Source: Tubiluchus corallicola (taxonomy: Eukaryota; Animalia; Priapulida). From it: DNA of 64,000 bases. The DNA lies in NCBI GenBank assembly GCA_030141605.1, contig JAQGDQ010001035.1:1-64000 (forward strand), written 5' to 3'. Below are positions 37,753-50,900 of this stretch, one piece after another (the stretch's first letter is position 1; each line of letters opens with the position of its first letter). The notes under the pieces are model-generated. The model was not told the DNA's origin, made no database searches, and saw only the letters and a program-made list of their open reading frames with translations. A program made the translations under genes and the position numbers.

Positions 37753-39861
37753 TAAATAAAATTATTGACAGATGGTGGTTGAACAGAAATGTCTCACTGT
37801 CTGTTTTTTCCAGTTCCACCACCTCTCCATCCTTATCCATAGCACAGCTCAAGCATCTATGATCTATTTTGATGTCCTACGTGCACTACTTTGCACTTTT
37901 CAGTATTAAACTTTACGCTAGTTCAAACTTAAACTTACTCCCTGAAATGGACCAAGTGCTGCTATTTTAGTTATACAGTTTAATACCAGAAGTATTTTAA
38001 TGCCATTGAAGAATAAAATATAGATTGGATTCATGAGAAACAAGTCTGCAAACACCAAGTCTTTCTACGGCATGATACTAGTACCCTTAGTTATAGATGC
38101 CTTCGTTTCTGCTCTATGTATGTGTATGTAATGTATCAAATCGTTATAATCATTGTAGTTAAAGTGCAAGTGCCACAAAAAAGTTGTTTAAAATAAAGTA
38201 AAGTAAAGATTGACATAACCCAGTTTTGGGTTCCTTATTCAAATTCAATTCAATTCAAAACATGCACTTATTTCCATATTCATGATATAACTGAGGCAAG
38301 TAAATGTATTTACTTTTCACATAGGATGGCAAAAGACCAAGAAGGTCAACTAGTCAAGCCATCCTTCAATGGATGTATGTGATTAATGGGATGACACTGT
38401 AATTATTTCACTCATGAATAGTAGTGAAATTACATTATTACTATTTTATTTAGCAACTTGATCTGTTTAAAATTCTCTAATCAACGTTAAATAACTGAAG
38501 GATGAAAAATGCAATCAAAGATATCTAAACAATCTTACACAATAAATACCAAAATTAAAGCCATAACAATAATCAAATTGATGAGTTATTTCTAAGGATC
38601 ATTGGTGAATAATTAGTAATATTAACATAATTATTATATAAGGTATACTTATATCGTTGGCACGTGAAGTACTTGTCAGCTAGCAATGCCGCGCACTCTT
38701 AGAAAGTAAGATTTCCGACAGACGCCGAACCAAATTTTTTTGAAGATTGTTGCTATTGCTGTCGATGGTATTTCAAAACTTTTGATGTACGTATTTTGTT
38801 ATAAGCAATAATAACTGATTGTTGATTAAGCGCAGCAAGAAGTTTGAAGAAATCTTCGCAAGAAAGCCGTTATTTGCACGTCTTTTTCACTGCGCCACAC
38901 TGCAAGATAAATGAAACAGAAATAGGCTTCTCAGGGCCGTTACCCGGGAACCGAACACCCACGATAAGTGAGGGAACACTGTATATGCCATTCTTTCAGT
39001 TCGTATGTACATGAAACTTTGCCGTGCCACCTGCAAAGCGTCTTAATCGAATCCATATTTCTTTTTTATCTGCATGATTGTTTGATTTAACAGTCTTAGT
39101 GCTGAAGAAACTGGTGCTGGGTAAACTGACTCATAATGCACTGCGCATTATTGAGTGATTATTGCCAACTCTGGAAAGTATTTACATTTCCAGATCACAA
39201 ACCGGCATTTTAAATATTATGAATGAGTTTTGTCACCCATCTGCTTGAATTTCTGCCTTCGTACAGACATCTCTTCGTACAGTACACACTTCATCGTACA
39301 ATATGTCTTTTCCTCGTAGTACAATTAGCCAGTTCTGAATTAACTAGCTACCACTAAACAGTATTTTTGTCATACTGTCATAGTTAATCTATCTATTATA
39401 TTGTATCTCCCTTGTATTTTTATGAAAACAAGTAAATTTCGCTATGCATGTTTATTATATGTTACAAAATAAATTGTATCTGTTACCTGTTGTAACAAAG
39501 TGGATGCAGGTTATAGCACCTGCATTATAACAAGAGGATGCCACTAGACGCCAAAAATTTGGGTTAATAATGTTCATTAATTTTTTGTCCGCCTAATTGA
39601 CAAACTGAACTTTCAACTAGCTAATCCTTATTGTAGGTTGTTTGTGCAGCTAAACTACCTGGGCTGTTTTTTAATCTGCCAATGTGCCATTAAAACGTTT
39701 TTTTATATAAGTATTACTATCTGATATCTACTTGTAAAGAGGGTATTGGCTGAGAAATTTTGAAAAACTTCTAGTCTGATTTTGAGATTTTTTATTTTTA
39801 GGTGTATAGATCCAGGTGAAACTGCTACCAATTCACTAAATCACTGGAGCATAAACTATTT

Positions 39862-40407
39862 ATGGAACCATCAGAGGTAGAGTTTTTAGCTGAAAAACAA
39901 ACAATTTCTATTGTGCCCAACTTTTCACATGGAAAAATTTTCCTCATAAGCGGTGACGTTGGCCCCTTTACCGCTAGCATTCCTCTAGAGGTGCCATTAT
40001 GGTTGGCAGTAAACTTAAAACAGCGACAAAAATGTCGCATTGTTGCGCCACCGTGGATGAACGTTGAACAACTAGAGGAGAAGAAGAGAGAGGAGACGGA
40101 GTCGAAATTTTTTACGCAGATGCACGATCCGCATTACATGGAGATCACACAAATGTTGTTAAATTGTGCTGCTAACGACATTCCACATGCCGATGAAGTG
40201 AGAACTCTCGTCAAGGACATATGGGACCTCAGAATAGCTAAATTACGTAGCAGTATTGACATATTTATAAAGAGCGATGAAACTCATGCTCGTCTAGATC
40301 ATTTGACTGTAATGGAAATTAACACGGTGCGATCATTTCTCACTCGGGCGCTGGATCACATTCAAGTGTTGCGGAGTCAGGCGCAAGCCATCGCTGATAA
40401 TACATGA
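39862..40407 (+). CDS. GINS2: DNA replication complex GINS subunit PSF2; CDS uninterrupted by introns
   Basis: 181-aa ORF MEPSEVEFLAE...GDVGPF...EVPLWLAVNLKQRQKCRIVAPPWM...LVKDIWDLRIAKLRSS...LDHLTVMEINTVR, characteristic of PSF2. Acceptor TTTTTATTTTTAG ends at 39801; AATAAA at 40459. Confidence 0.96.
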   Translation: MEPSEVEFLAEKQTISIVPNFSHGKIFLISGDVGPFTASIPLEVPLWLAVNLKQRQKCRIVAPPWMNVEQLEEKKREETESKFFTQMHDPHYMEITQMLLNCAANDIPHADEVRTLVKDIWDLRIAKLRSSIDIFIKSDETHARLDHLTVMEINTVRSFLTRALDHIQVLRSQAQAIADNT

Positions 40408-40528
40408 ACTGATTTGTACACATCTGTATCGTGATTATCATGTGAATAATTTGTTGTGAATAAAATCGTGGCTATTTTAGTGAAGACTTAGCTTTTTTTG
40501 CTTTTTCACTTACAGACTTGCAGTGTCT

Positions 40529-40664
40529 GAAATGTAATAGTTTTGTTTGTGCAGTGGTTGTAAATGTAATAGTTTTGTTTGTGCAGTGGTTGTAAATGTA
40601 ATAGTTTTGTTTGTGCAGTGGTTGTAAATGTAATAGTTTTGTTTGTGCAGTGGTTGTAAATGTA
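40529..40664. repeat. 32-bp tandem repeat, ~4 copies
   Basis: Unit TAAATGTAATAGTTTTGTTTGTGCAGTGGTTG. Confidence 0.9.
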
Positions 40665-40683
40665 TTTAAAGCTTTTTGTAATA

Positions 40684-41087
40684 CAGTCAACCCTCGTTAA
40701 ACCGGACCCAGATATCGGATAAGATGGTAAAGGAAACTGACCGATTTCTGACCAAGCCGGAGCGCTAAACACAACACGGCCTACCAACTCACCACGAGAA
40801 ATTGACGGGCTGAAGCGGCTCGCAGTGCCGCCCAGGCTGCTACGATTCCCACCAAAATTCAGTTTGCTTACCCCATCGAAAGCACTCGCTAATTTCTTTA
40901 TCCTCACAGGTTAACTATTTTAAAGTAATATACAGTATAGTATATAGTGCAATGTATATAGGCCTTATTAAGGTGATTATTCCTGTATAATATAGACCAT
41001 ATATAGGCACATCGGATAAATCGGACAATCGGCTAAACCGGATCACCCCCCCCCCCCCAATTAGTCCGGTTTAACGAGGGTTGACTG
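40684..41087. mobile_element. Tc1/mariner (pogo-like) MITE
   Basis: Perfect 23-bp TIR CAGTCAACCCTCGTTAAACCGGA with TA duplication on both sides. Confidence 0.88.
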
Positions 41088-41614
41088 TATTATGCACTCT
41101 GACTGCCGACACGTTGTGGTTGTATTGCTTTTTGTTATTACACACTGCAAACACTGGTATTACCTGGTCTTTCTTGCATTATTGTGACTTTTGTGGCATT
41201 GTGACTGCAAGCATATTTTTTATGGCTTTGAGTAGCGTACCATTACGTACCCTTTGAGTGGCGTACCAGTAATGTGAGTTGACACATGACTATCCAACTT
41301 AAATTACATTACATTCTCAATTGATTTGTCAGGTTTGAAGAGTTACACTTTTTCAGTTTTTTGAGTTTTAACATAAAATATTTTCATCACGTTTTCTGGA
41401 TAATTTTGCATTTAATGTGACATACTGGTAATGTGTTTACACTGTCTGGTTTAAATTTTACAGGTAATTGATTTATTAATACCAGTAGTTTTTGCACAGT
41501 ATATTCCTTTTAATTTTGTTAATGTCACTTAGTATTAGCTTAAATAGCCCTCATTTCCGTTTCATGAAATAAATCTCTGTTAACAACCTCCTTTGTTGGG
41601 ATCCTCGGTACACG

Positions 41615-41880
41615 TCCTTAATGAGTGATTGAATGTTTACAACATTTGTCTACTGATCCAAAGGTTCTGGGTTCGAATTCCGCTCATTAAGAGCTTCTTG
41701 AAACTTTTACCATTCAAACAGAACTATTTCTGAGGCCTCGGTTGATTTCTTATTCGTGTACTCGGGGAAGAAAGGCAGTTGAGTGACGGGTTTGTCCTCG
41801 CATGGCGAGGCTTTACAAACATGCTGTAACCACTTTTTCTGTAATCTGCTGGGTATGGGACCTCTTTTCTTCTTCCTCAT
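41615..41880 (+). mobile_element. Possible degenerate tRNA-derived SINE
   Basis: B-box-like GGGTTCGAATTCC at ~41669 after a weak tRNA-like 5' region; no full cloverleaf; simple-repeat tail. Confidence 0.4.
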
Positions 41881-41986
41881 CTATTGTAGAGGCTAGAGCT
41901 GTAGTTATGAAGTCTGTTCATTGAATTCGGCTGTGTTTTGAAACTCGCAGTCATTCGTGATTCAAACAAACTTTGCTTAATTTTAG

Positions 41987-44900
41987 ATGACGAGCAAAGA
42001 TGTTGAAGTTGAAAATGCTCCACTTGGCATGGAGCTGGAACACAAGACGTTACTAACCGAGGATGCTGTACAATTTGTTGCTGCCATGTCTAAAAAGTTT
42101 GATGCAGACGTAGATCTGGTAGGTTACATATCTGATTGTGTTTAGGTGAAATTATTTTGATTTGGTCAGAGTGTCATTTTGTCCGCTTATTGCTTTTAAG
42201 TGTTGGCATCTTTCAAGAATTAAGAATTGATGTGTTTCCTTGCCATACCTCAATGATAGTTTATAGTGAACTGAGATGCAGGTGTTAGCTCTCCTTTGAG
42301 ATGACCCGTGTACTTGGCATGTGTTTTAGGAATAACATAATCAGTAAACTGCCTCCCTTTTGCCCACACTTTGCAAAAGTTGGTCAGTTAGAACATTTTG
42401 TCCTGTTTAGCATCTAGCGTGAAAGTTATTGTTACATCTGGAACTAGTCACTAGGGGGTGAGCATCGAATGTTCAAATTCGATTCAAACGAGTTTTTTTT
42501 TAGTTCGAATGCTAACCTAACCTAAAATTATAGATTCCAATAATTTAGCACTTCAACCACATAGGTTCTTTATCATTAAAATGTTTTAAGCGTCATGTAA
42601 TTAGCACGGCCTCTTTGAGAACCAGTGTTTTCAACGTGACATGGCCGTAAATTTATGTGCACCTATGTTAACTACCTGAAGCATATGACTATTTCAGATA
42701 ATTTCTAGTTCAAAATTCTTATACATTTCTTACTGATTTGTTGAATTATGCTTTAATGCTTTAGTTTTTTTCTTCGTAGGTTTTGCAAGAACGAACAAGT
42801 AAAAAGCTGCAGTTGCTTCAGTCAGGAAAGCTACCAGACTTTCCGGCGGAAACTCAACCGGTGCGCCGTAGTACCTGGCAGTGTGACCCCATTCCGCGTC
42901 GCTTACGAAACAGACATGTTGACCTGGGCGATGTGTCTCCTGCAAATACAACACATTTTGTACAGGCATTGCAGTCCAAAGCACAGGGAATACAGGTAAA
43001 CTAAGAGAACCCCCAGTGGAGGTGCATATTTGCCCCAATCAGATTGACATATGCAGAGACTACTGCAAAAATGTGTGAATTGACATGAATTGGAATTGTC
43101 ACTTAAAATTGTATTAAATTTACTCGAGATTAACGACTTGTCAGTAACTTGACTTTTATCACATTTCATCAAAATCTCTCGGTGCTGAGTCCGATTTGGG
43201 TTAGGTTTATTTGGGAGATGAACAGCTCAGTTATTTTGTGTACATTGTGTTTAATTACTGTAATCACTTAAACTTTGGAACGTATAACAAAGAAATTTCC
43301 AAAATAAACTGTCTGTAATGTTTAAAGTTAATTTATACTACGGCTGTACTTATAATTTTCAGGCGCGGTGGTAGCTGCCATTCGCTTACAAATCATGAAG
43401 TAACTGGTCGTCTGCTTGAGTTTTCGCAAGCGCGTTGTAGCTTTCAGTGAGAGCACGCTGCTTAAGCTAATTCATACTTCTGCAGCTTACCTAATGTTCA
43501 TGCAAAAATATCGCAAAATTAGTTATCTATTTTTTTTGTAAGAACTTATTAAACTTTGGATAGAAACTGACTTTCTTCAGTCGATAAAGAACATCATTGG
43601 TAGAAGAAATGGGCATTCAAAATCGGAACGCCCAACTATGAAATGATCGCGACTTTAAAGTGATTTCACTAATTACACGAGGGACTTATTCCACTTTTAT
43701 TACTAAATATTTCAAATATTTTACGTGACCACAAAAATAAGCTTATCTTCCCAGAAGAAATTTCCTGTGACCCATCAATGTGGTTTTAGTACCTCTTTTT
43801 AGAAAATTCTTTTCGTTGACAACAATTTTTACCGTTTTGCTGCCATAGTCTGCACATTAAAATAAGCCGGAGTATTGAGCGTAAATTGTGGCTTCCAATG
43901 TGCCAAAGTGTCTAAATAAATCTCCATTTGCACATCTGTACGCGAGACTCGATTTCCAATTTTGAGGCTCGTTATGTGAATGTCCTATTTATTATGTGAA
44001 CGATCATTGTGTTTTAATAGACTGATTTTGATGATGGACACTGTCCAACGTGGGCTAATCAGTTGAGGGGTCTGTACAACGTGTATAGAGCGACTCGTAA
44101 TATGATTCCAGGTAAGCAGCCGCCAAATCCGTTTCATTTCATGTCATTCTGTTCATTTCATTTTTGTTTATTTATTTATTAGCTGCTCACTTGTTCAGAC
44201 AGTCGGTGCTTTGCAGAATATTATATTTTTACTTCTTAGTTTTATCTGTAATTAATAAAAATGCCATAATGAAGAAAAAGTGAAGACGCGACATTTTAAC
44301 CCGCCCATATCTTCAGGTGGAAAATGAGTGCAATCACTTTGTACTCCATTATTTTATTCGTATCTATGGCATATGGTCATAGACATTTCCATACATATAG
44401 TCTTTAAACATAAATTACACCATCCACGTTTTAATTAATTAACTTTTTGCCAACAAACAAGTACTCCATTATTTTATTCGTATCTATGGCATACGGTCAT
44501 AGACATTTCCATACATATAGTCTTTAAACATAAATTACAACATCCACGTTTTAATTAATTAACTTTTTGCCAACAAACAAGTACTCCATTATTTTATTCG
44601 TATCTATGGCATATGGTCATAGACATTTCCATACATATAGTCTATATAGTCTTTAAACATAAATTACACCAGCCACGTTTTGAACTCAAACAGATTGTTT
44701 GCAAAAAAATTAAGACACTAGACCTTTCCTACCTAATACAGCGTTTGTATAATAATTGTATATTTTAATGTATTCTACAATGTTTTGATATTAAATTTTG
44801 TATACCCTTCTCAAATTTTGCTATTCTTGCCATAAACTAAAACCTGAAAACAAGATATTATTGACAAAAAGATTAAATTCGCATTTGACCGAAAAAATAC

Positions 44901-47900
44901 GTGGAAAGTAAAAAAATATTTGCTGAAACTGTGAAAACATCCTGAGTACATGAGGTCCGTGCCTTAACTAGGGGGTGAGCATCGAACGTTCGAGTTCGAT
45001 TCGAACGACTTTTTTTAGTTCAAATTCGATTCGAACCTAAAATTATAGATTCCAATAATTTAGCACTTCAACCACATAGGTTCTTTATCATTAAAATGTT
45101 TTAAGCGTCATGTAATTAGCACTGCTTAGATATGATTTCTGCACACAATCTTTAAACAAATTAACAGTGGTTTTACTGCAGAGAAAAATCGAGCAATATA
45201 CGTGTTCGATACTGGCGGTTCGAAAATCTTTCCAACTCAATTCGAATTCGGTTCGAATTTGAAATACTGAAATTCGGTTCGATTCGAATTTGAAAGTCAC
45301 AAATTCGGTTCGATTTGATGTCTCTTTGTAGTAGAGAATGCTCGTCTCTAGCCTTGACTACCCATAGCCACTTTGCAGTTTACCGAACTGCAAAGAGTTG
45401 TTCGGCTGTTGCTGTCAGTGTAAAAACAAGTGTGCATAGTTCAACAAGTGAAGGATCGAGACCCATGAAGACATGAGAGTGATGAGAGAGGAACATGTTT
45501 TAGCTACATTTGCACTTTTTCAGTAGACTAATCCCCACCTTTGGTTTTGCGTAATCTTGTGAAGAAGCTTTATTAACAACATCAGAATGAGTGTTAATAA
45601 AAATAGCATTAAAATGGCACAAATTGTGTTATTCTGTTTTAAAAGTGCATTAGTAATGTGTAAACAGTGCAATTATTATACATGTTTTTGCTTCCCGACT
45701 GACTACTTTACTAGCTGCCGTTTCTATAAAGTGACACATGTGAACAAACTTTGTGCAAAGGAATTCTACCTGTAACTGTTCCTATAGCAACCAGACTACA
45801 TAGTAAAGTGGTAGACACAGTGCTTTGATATGATAAAATTTCCAAGGTCATCTCATGCAGCACTTGGCCTTGACTTTGTAGTGTTTATTGTTTAATGGCT
45901 GCCTAGGTTTAAATCTTAATGAAAGAGAAATCACTAGCTAGGTACATATAGGTAAGAAAGTTAGGTGGTTTCAGGTGGAAAAAAATAGACTAGTAGAAAC
46001 CATAAAGAAACTTATACATTGCCTGATTTTCTCCAAAAATACTATTTCATAAGATGACATGCATTATTAATCTCAGTACAAGTTCTTAACTAAAGATCAA
46101 CATTTCAACTTCTGTGGTTTTTCTTTGCTCGAGTTTTGTTACATGATGGGATTGAATCTACTAGTTTGTCGCTTTCACTTTGAGCCTAGTAGCTAAGAAA
46201 GCTAAAGTGTCCTTGCTTTTGTCGATTACGTATTTTTTGCAACAGTTACTTAGAACTGCAGCAAGAGATGGCTAGAAGATCAACTTTATTAATAAACTTA
46301 GAGTTTATATGAAAATAATTCTTAGTCATAACGTAATCCTGCAACAATACATCCAGGTGCTTCTAGAATTTTAATTTTGAAGGATTGTGGTGCTGAATAG
46401 CGGGGTTGAGTAAACTGGTGCAGGAAAAAGACATTCAGTCAATTCACTATCAAGCAGTCATTGAGATGTTTTGGCATATATGACAGTTTCAATCCTAAAT
46501 GGATTTGTATCACATGATTGCTATTCCTGTGCTTGTAGTTATATACGTTTAAGTATTTTGAACTTCTTTATCACGACTGCAAATGCATTATACTGATTTT
46601 GCTTCGGTATACAGGTGTTCCGCGTATAGCCAAGGCACCGATTCTGATGTTGAGACCTCGTGCATGGAACATGATTGAACACAACATGTTGGTGAGTGAT
46701 CAGCGCCATATATTTGCACAAAAATAATGAATCTGAAAATCTGTAGCTACTATAAAAGCTTGGATATTATCATTTAATTTCAGACGCATTGAAATTATTT
46801 GTGTTCAGCAGATTCTTTTTTATACTCATGTCATCAAGGGCATCTTTGCCATATATAGATGTACATATATATTGTTTTAACGATACTGAACATTTGACAC
46901 CTTGCCTTCACTTAACGACTCGCGTTTCATTTTAACAACGATTTTTTTGCTTTGCTGAAAGCCAATTTTCATTTTATCAACAACTTTTTTTCCTTAATTT
47001 GAAGCATTAAAATGGCACAAATTGCATTATTCTGTTTTAAAAGTGCATTAGTAATGTATAAACAGTGCAATTATTATACATGCTTTTGCTTCCCGACTGA
47101 CTACTATACTATCTGCCGTTTCTATAAAGCGACACCTGTGAACAAACTTTGTGCAAGGAATTCTACCTGTAACTGTTCCTATAGCAACCAAACTATGCAG
47201 TAAAGTGGTTGACACAGTGCTTTAATATGATAAAATTTCCAAGGTCATCTCATGCAGCTCTTGGCCTTGACTCTGAAGTGTTTATTGTTTAATTGCTGCC
47301 TAGGTTTAAACCTTAATGAAAGAAAAATCACTAGCTAGGTACATATAGGTAAGAAAGTTAGGTGGTTTCAGGTGGAAAAAAATAGACTAGTAGAAACCAT
47401 AAAGAACCTTATACATTGCCTAATTGATATGATTGAAGCAGCATTTAATCTTTGTCTCTGGAACATATCCCGATTCTTTTAATTTCTGTGGATGTTTTGG
47501 TTTCGTTTAACGACGTTTCGCTTAACGTCGCACTTTGCTGGAACTCATTGGCGTCATTAAGCGAGAACTTACTGTATTATATAGATCTTTCTTGTGGGGT
47601 TAAGTAGCCATGGACATAGCATCTGGAGATCACCCAGCCATTTTACTGTGCTGGCACAGTGTTGCTTAACTGCTGTTATTAACCACACGTCCGGATCGCT
47701 AAGTTTATTTGTTAGTTGGATCTGGCTTGCTTACATTAGATAGCTGTGCAATTGTTGGCACGGTTAGATGACCGTTTATTCAAAATTTCGCCTTTTAAGG
47801 GCAAGAAATGCAATTTTCAAGTACTCTTGTCGGTTTATGCATTATTATAATGTGCAAACTTTCATTGCTATGTTACCCATTTCTCAGAACTATAACTCCC

Positions 47901-50900
47901 TTTGTCTGTTATGCTAAATTACTCAGCAAATTGTCTCATTTTTAGGTGGCTGGAAAGGAAGTAATGGGGCCAATATTTGACTTTGCGCTGTTGATGTACC
48001 ACAATGCTAAGCTACTCTACCAGGCTGAGAGTGGTCCATTCTTCTACTTGTCAAAGGTTGCCAAACTTTACTACCTTTTTACATTTCAGTCATGACACTG
48101 TATAACGGAAGTGGTGCTGACAAGTCACTGGCATAGCAGTGTCTGGTTTTTTTGCTGATTACTGCTGCGTTTACCTGTCTGAAAGCAGATTTCTTTTATT
48201 TTAGAATTCTGCCGGCCCAATGTCTACAATAGACATGACGGGTGTACGATGATGATGATGATGATGATGATCATGACACTGTCAGATGCATGTGACTAAG
48301 TTTGCTGTTCAGTGATTCTTATGATGTCTTAAAGCCTGTTAGCAGTTCATTACGACATGTTTTATGTGCAGTTTGGTACATTGGATTTTAACATTTTGCA
48401 AGGCTTAACATAGCGCTTCTGTGGGCATTTTATAATCTTTTTCTGTAACAAAATCAGAACTCATGTTTTTATCAAGGAGTGGCAAGGATAATCATCTGGA
48501 AAAAACACGTTGTATCCAAAGGATGCCTTGGCCAATATGCATCGTTCCTCGGTGGAAAAATAGTTTTGCATTTTCCCAGCACTCCCCCAACCATTTACTA
48601 GCCAGATTTAGCTCTGCTTATCTTTATAACCATACACACACTGGATCGCACGACTATCTGCTTTCCTCTTCAAGTTCTTGCAGTATGCACATGCTTAATA
48701 TTGTTTGTCTTTTTGCCTGCGCGTATGTGAAATATATCAGTCGTTCTAAGATTGTAAACTATAAGTGTGCGAAGACAACCAGGTAAGTTTTCTTTTTTAT
48801 TTCCACAGGTTGAAAGTCACAAAGAAGCCAGATTATGGAACAGCATTTTCATTTGGGCACAAGAACGGGTATCATTATTGCATTAGAATAAATTTTACAA
48901 TTGTTCGTTGTTCTATTTTGTTTTTATGGACATTGCCTTAAATGTCACTGCATGTCATTTGGAGTAAGGAAGAAGCTACTAGAGCTGAGAGAGGATAAAC
49001 AACATTGACTTTCCACTTATGATCAGACAGTATAATATAGGCTCTATTCAAACTTTTACGTATTGGAGAAGTATACGTGCCTAATGGCGATCTAGCGTAT
49101 GCGGTGTTAAGTCCGTTTAATGGCTAGTGTAATATTCCTACCCAGATTTCAGGGAAGGTATTCCGTAGTCTATGGTTTCCTAAACCCATTCGCAATTTTC
49201 CGTAAATTATGTTTGAGTTTCATGTCCAAAAATGGTTCGTGTGACACTTCTTAGGACATTTGAAGAGAAAAACTGTAAATAGACACAGACTTTTTAAGTC
49301 TTCCACATACTGACGGGACTCGATAGTAAAATTGCGGTACGATTTCGATTTCGATAAACATTACAAAAAATTGCAATACGATTTCGAAAAATGATAAGTA
49401 TTTACGATACGATTTCGATAAACGATAAGGATTTACGATACGATTTCGATAAACGATAAGGATTTACGATACGATTTCGATAAACGATAAGGATTTACGA
49501 TACGATTTCGATAAACGATAAGGATTTACGATACGATTTCGAAAAATGATAAGTATTTACGATACGATTTCGATAAACGATAAGGATTTACGATACGATT
49601 TCGATAAACGATAAGGATTTACGATATGATTTCGATAAACGATAAGGATTTACGATACGATTTCGATAAACGATAAGGATTTACGATACAATTTCGATAA
49701 TCGATAAGGATTTACGATACGATTTCGATAAACGATAAGTATTTACGATACAATTTCGATAATCGATAAGGATTTAGGATACAATTTCGATAAACGATAA
49801 GTATTTACGATACAATTTCGATAATCGATAAGGATTTAGGATACAATTTCGATAAACGATAAGGATTTAGGATACGATTTCAATAAACGATAAGTATTTA
49901 CGATACAATTTCGATAAACGATAAAGATTTAGGATACGATTTCGATAAACGATAAGTATTTACGATACAATTTCGATAAACGATAAGGATTTACGATACA
50001 ATTTCGATAAACGATAAGGATTTACGATACGATTTCGATAAACGATAAGATTTACGATACAATTTCGATAAATGATAAGTATTTATGATACAATTTCGAT
50101 AAACGATAAGTATTTACGATACAATTTTAATAAATGATAAGGATTTAGGATACGATTTCGATAAACGATACAATTGTTTTACAAGCATTGTACATACTGT
50201 ACTACACAGTGCAAACTGCAAAGCATCATTTTATATAATTAATGCTACCAGGTTTTGAAGTTATTAACACGATGATATAAACTGTTGTTCTCAATGTGTT
50301 TATTATTGCTAAGGCACACAAATCGTGGAAATGACACATCGATACTCCGATTATATCGATTTTGTGTGGTTTCTATCGGATAATCATTTATTTTATTGAT
50401 TCGATAATAGATAAAAAATAGATTTTGTTTTGTATCGATTCGAAAACCGATAAAAAAATTGATTTTTCGTGGATGAAACGATAACCAATTCCCATCACTA
50501 CTTCCACATACACATTACTGAAAGACATTTGACGAGACTTTATAGGAGTTTTTCTTTACTTCTCTGTGAATGAAATTCAACGTACTTGGTTCAAGATTAC
50601 TTTATTTCATACAACTTTACAGGCAATATCTTGTGGCAAAGAAATTGCACGTATGAAAACTTGTTCAATTAAACCTGATGTGTCAGCTTTTAAAAACTGC
50701 TTTATTGCAGAGAAGAAATTACTGCTTCTCAATGACCAATTAGTTAACTGGATGATGCAACAATGTACAGATTAGAAAGCAATAAATCTAATATGAACAG
50801 TGACATTTAACCCGGTGATTAAGATGCATATATCGAAAAATGTGAACCAATACGGTACTTTATCTCGTGTATGTAATATCGGTATCCATTTGCCCCAAGT

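Noticed and set aside
41620-41690. tRNA gene
   Set aside because: Only a B-box/T-loop-like motif; acceptor and D stems cannot be formed.
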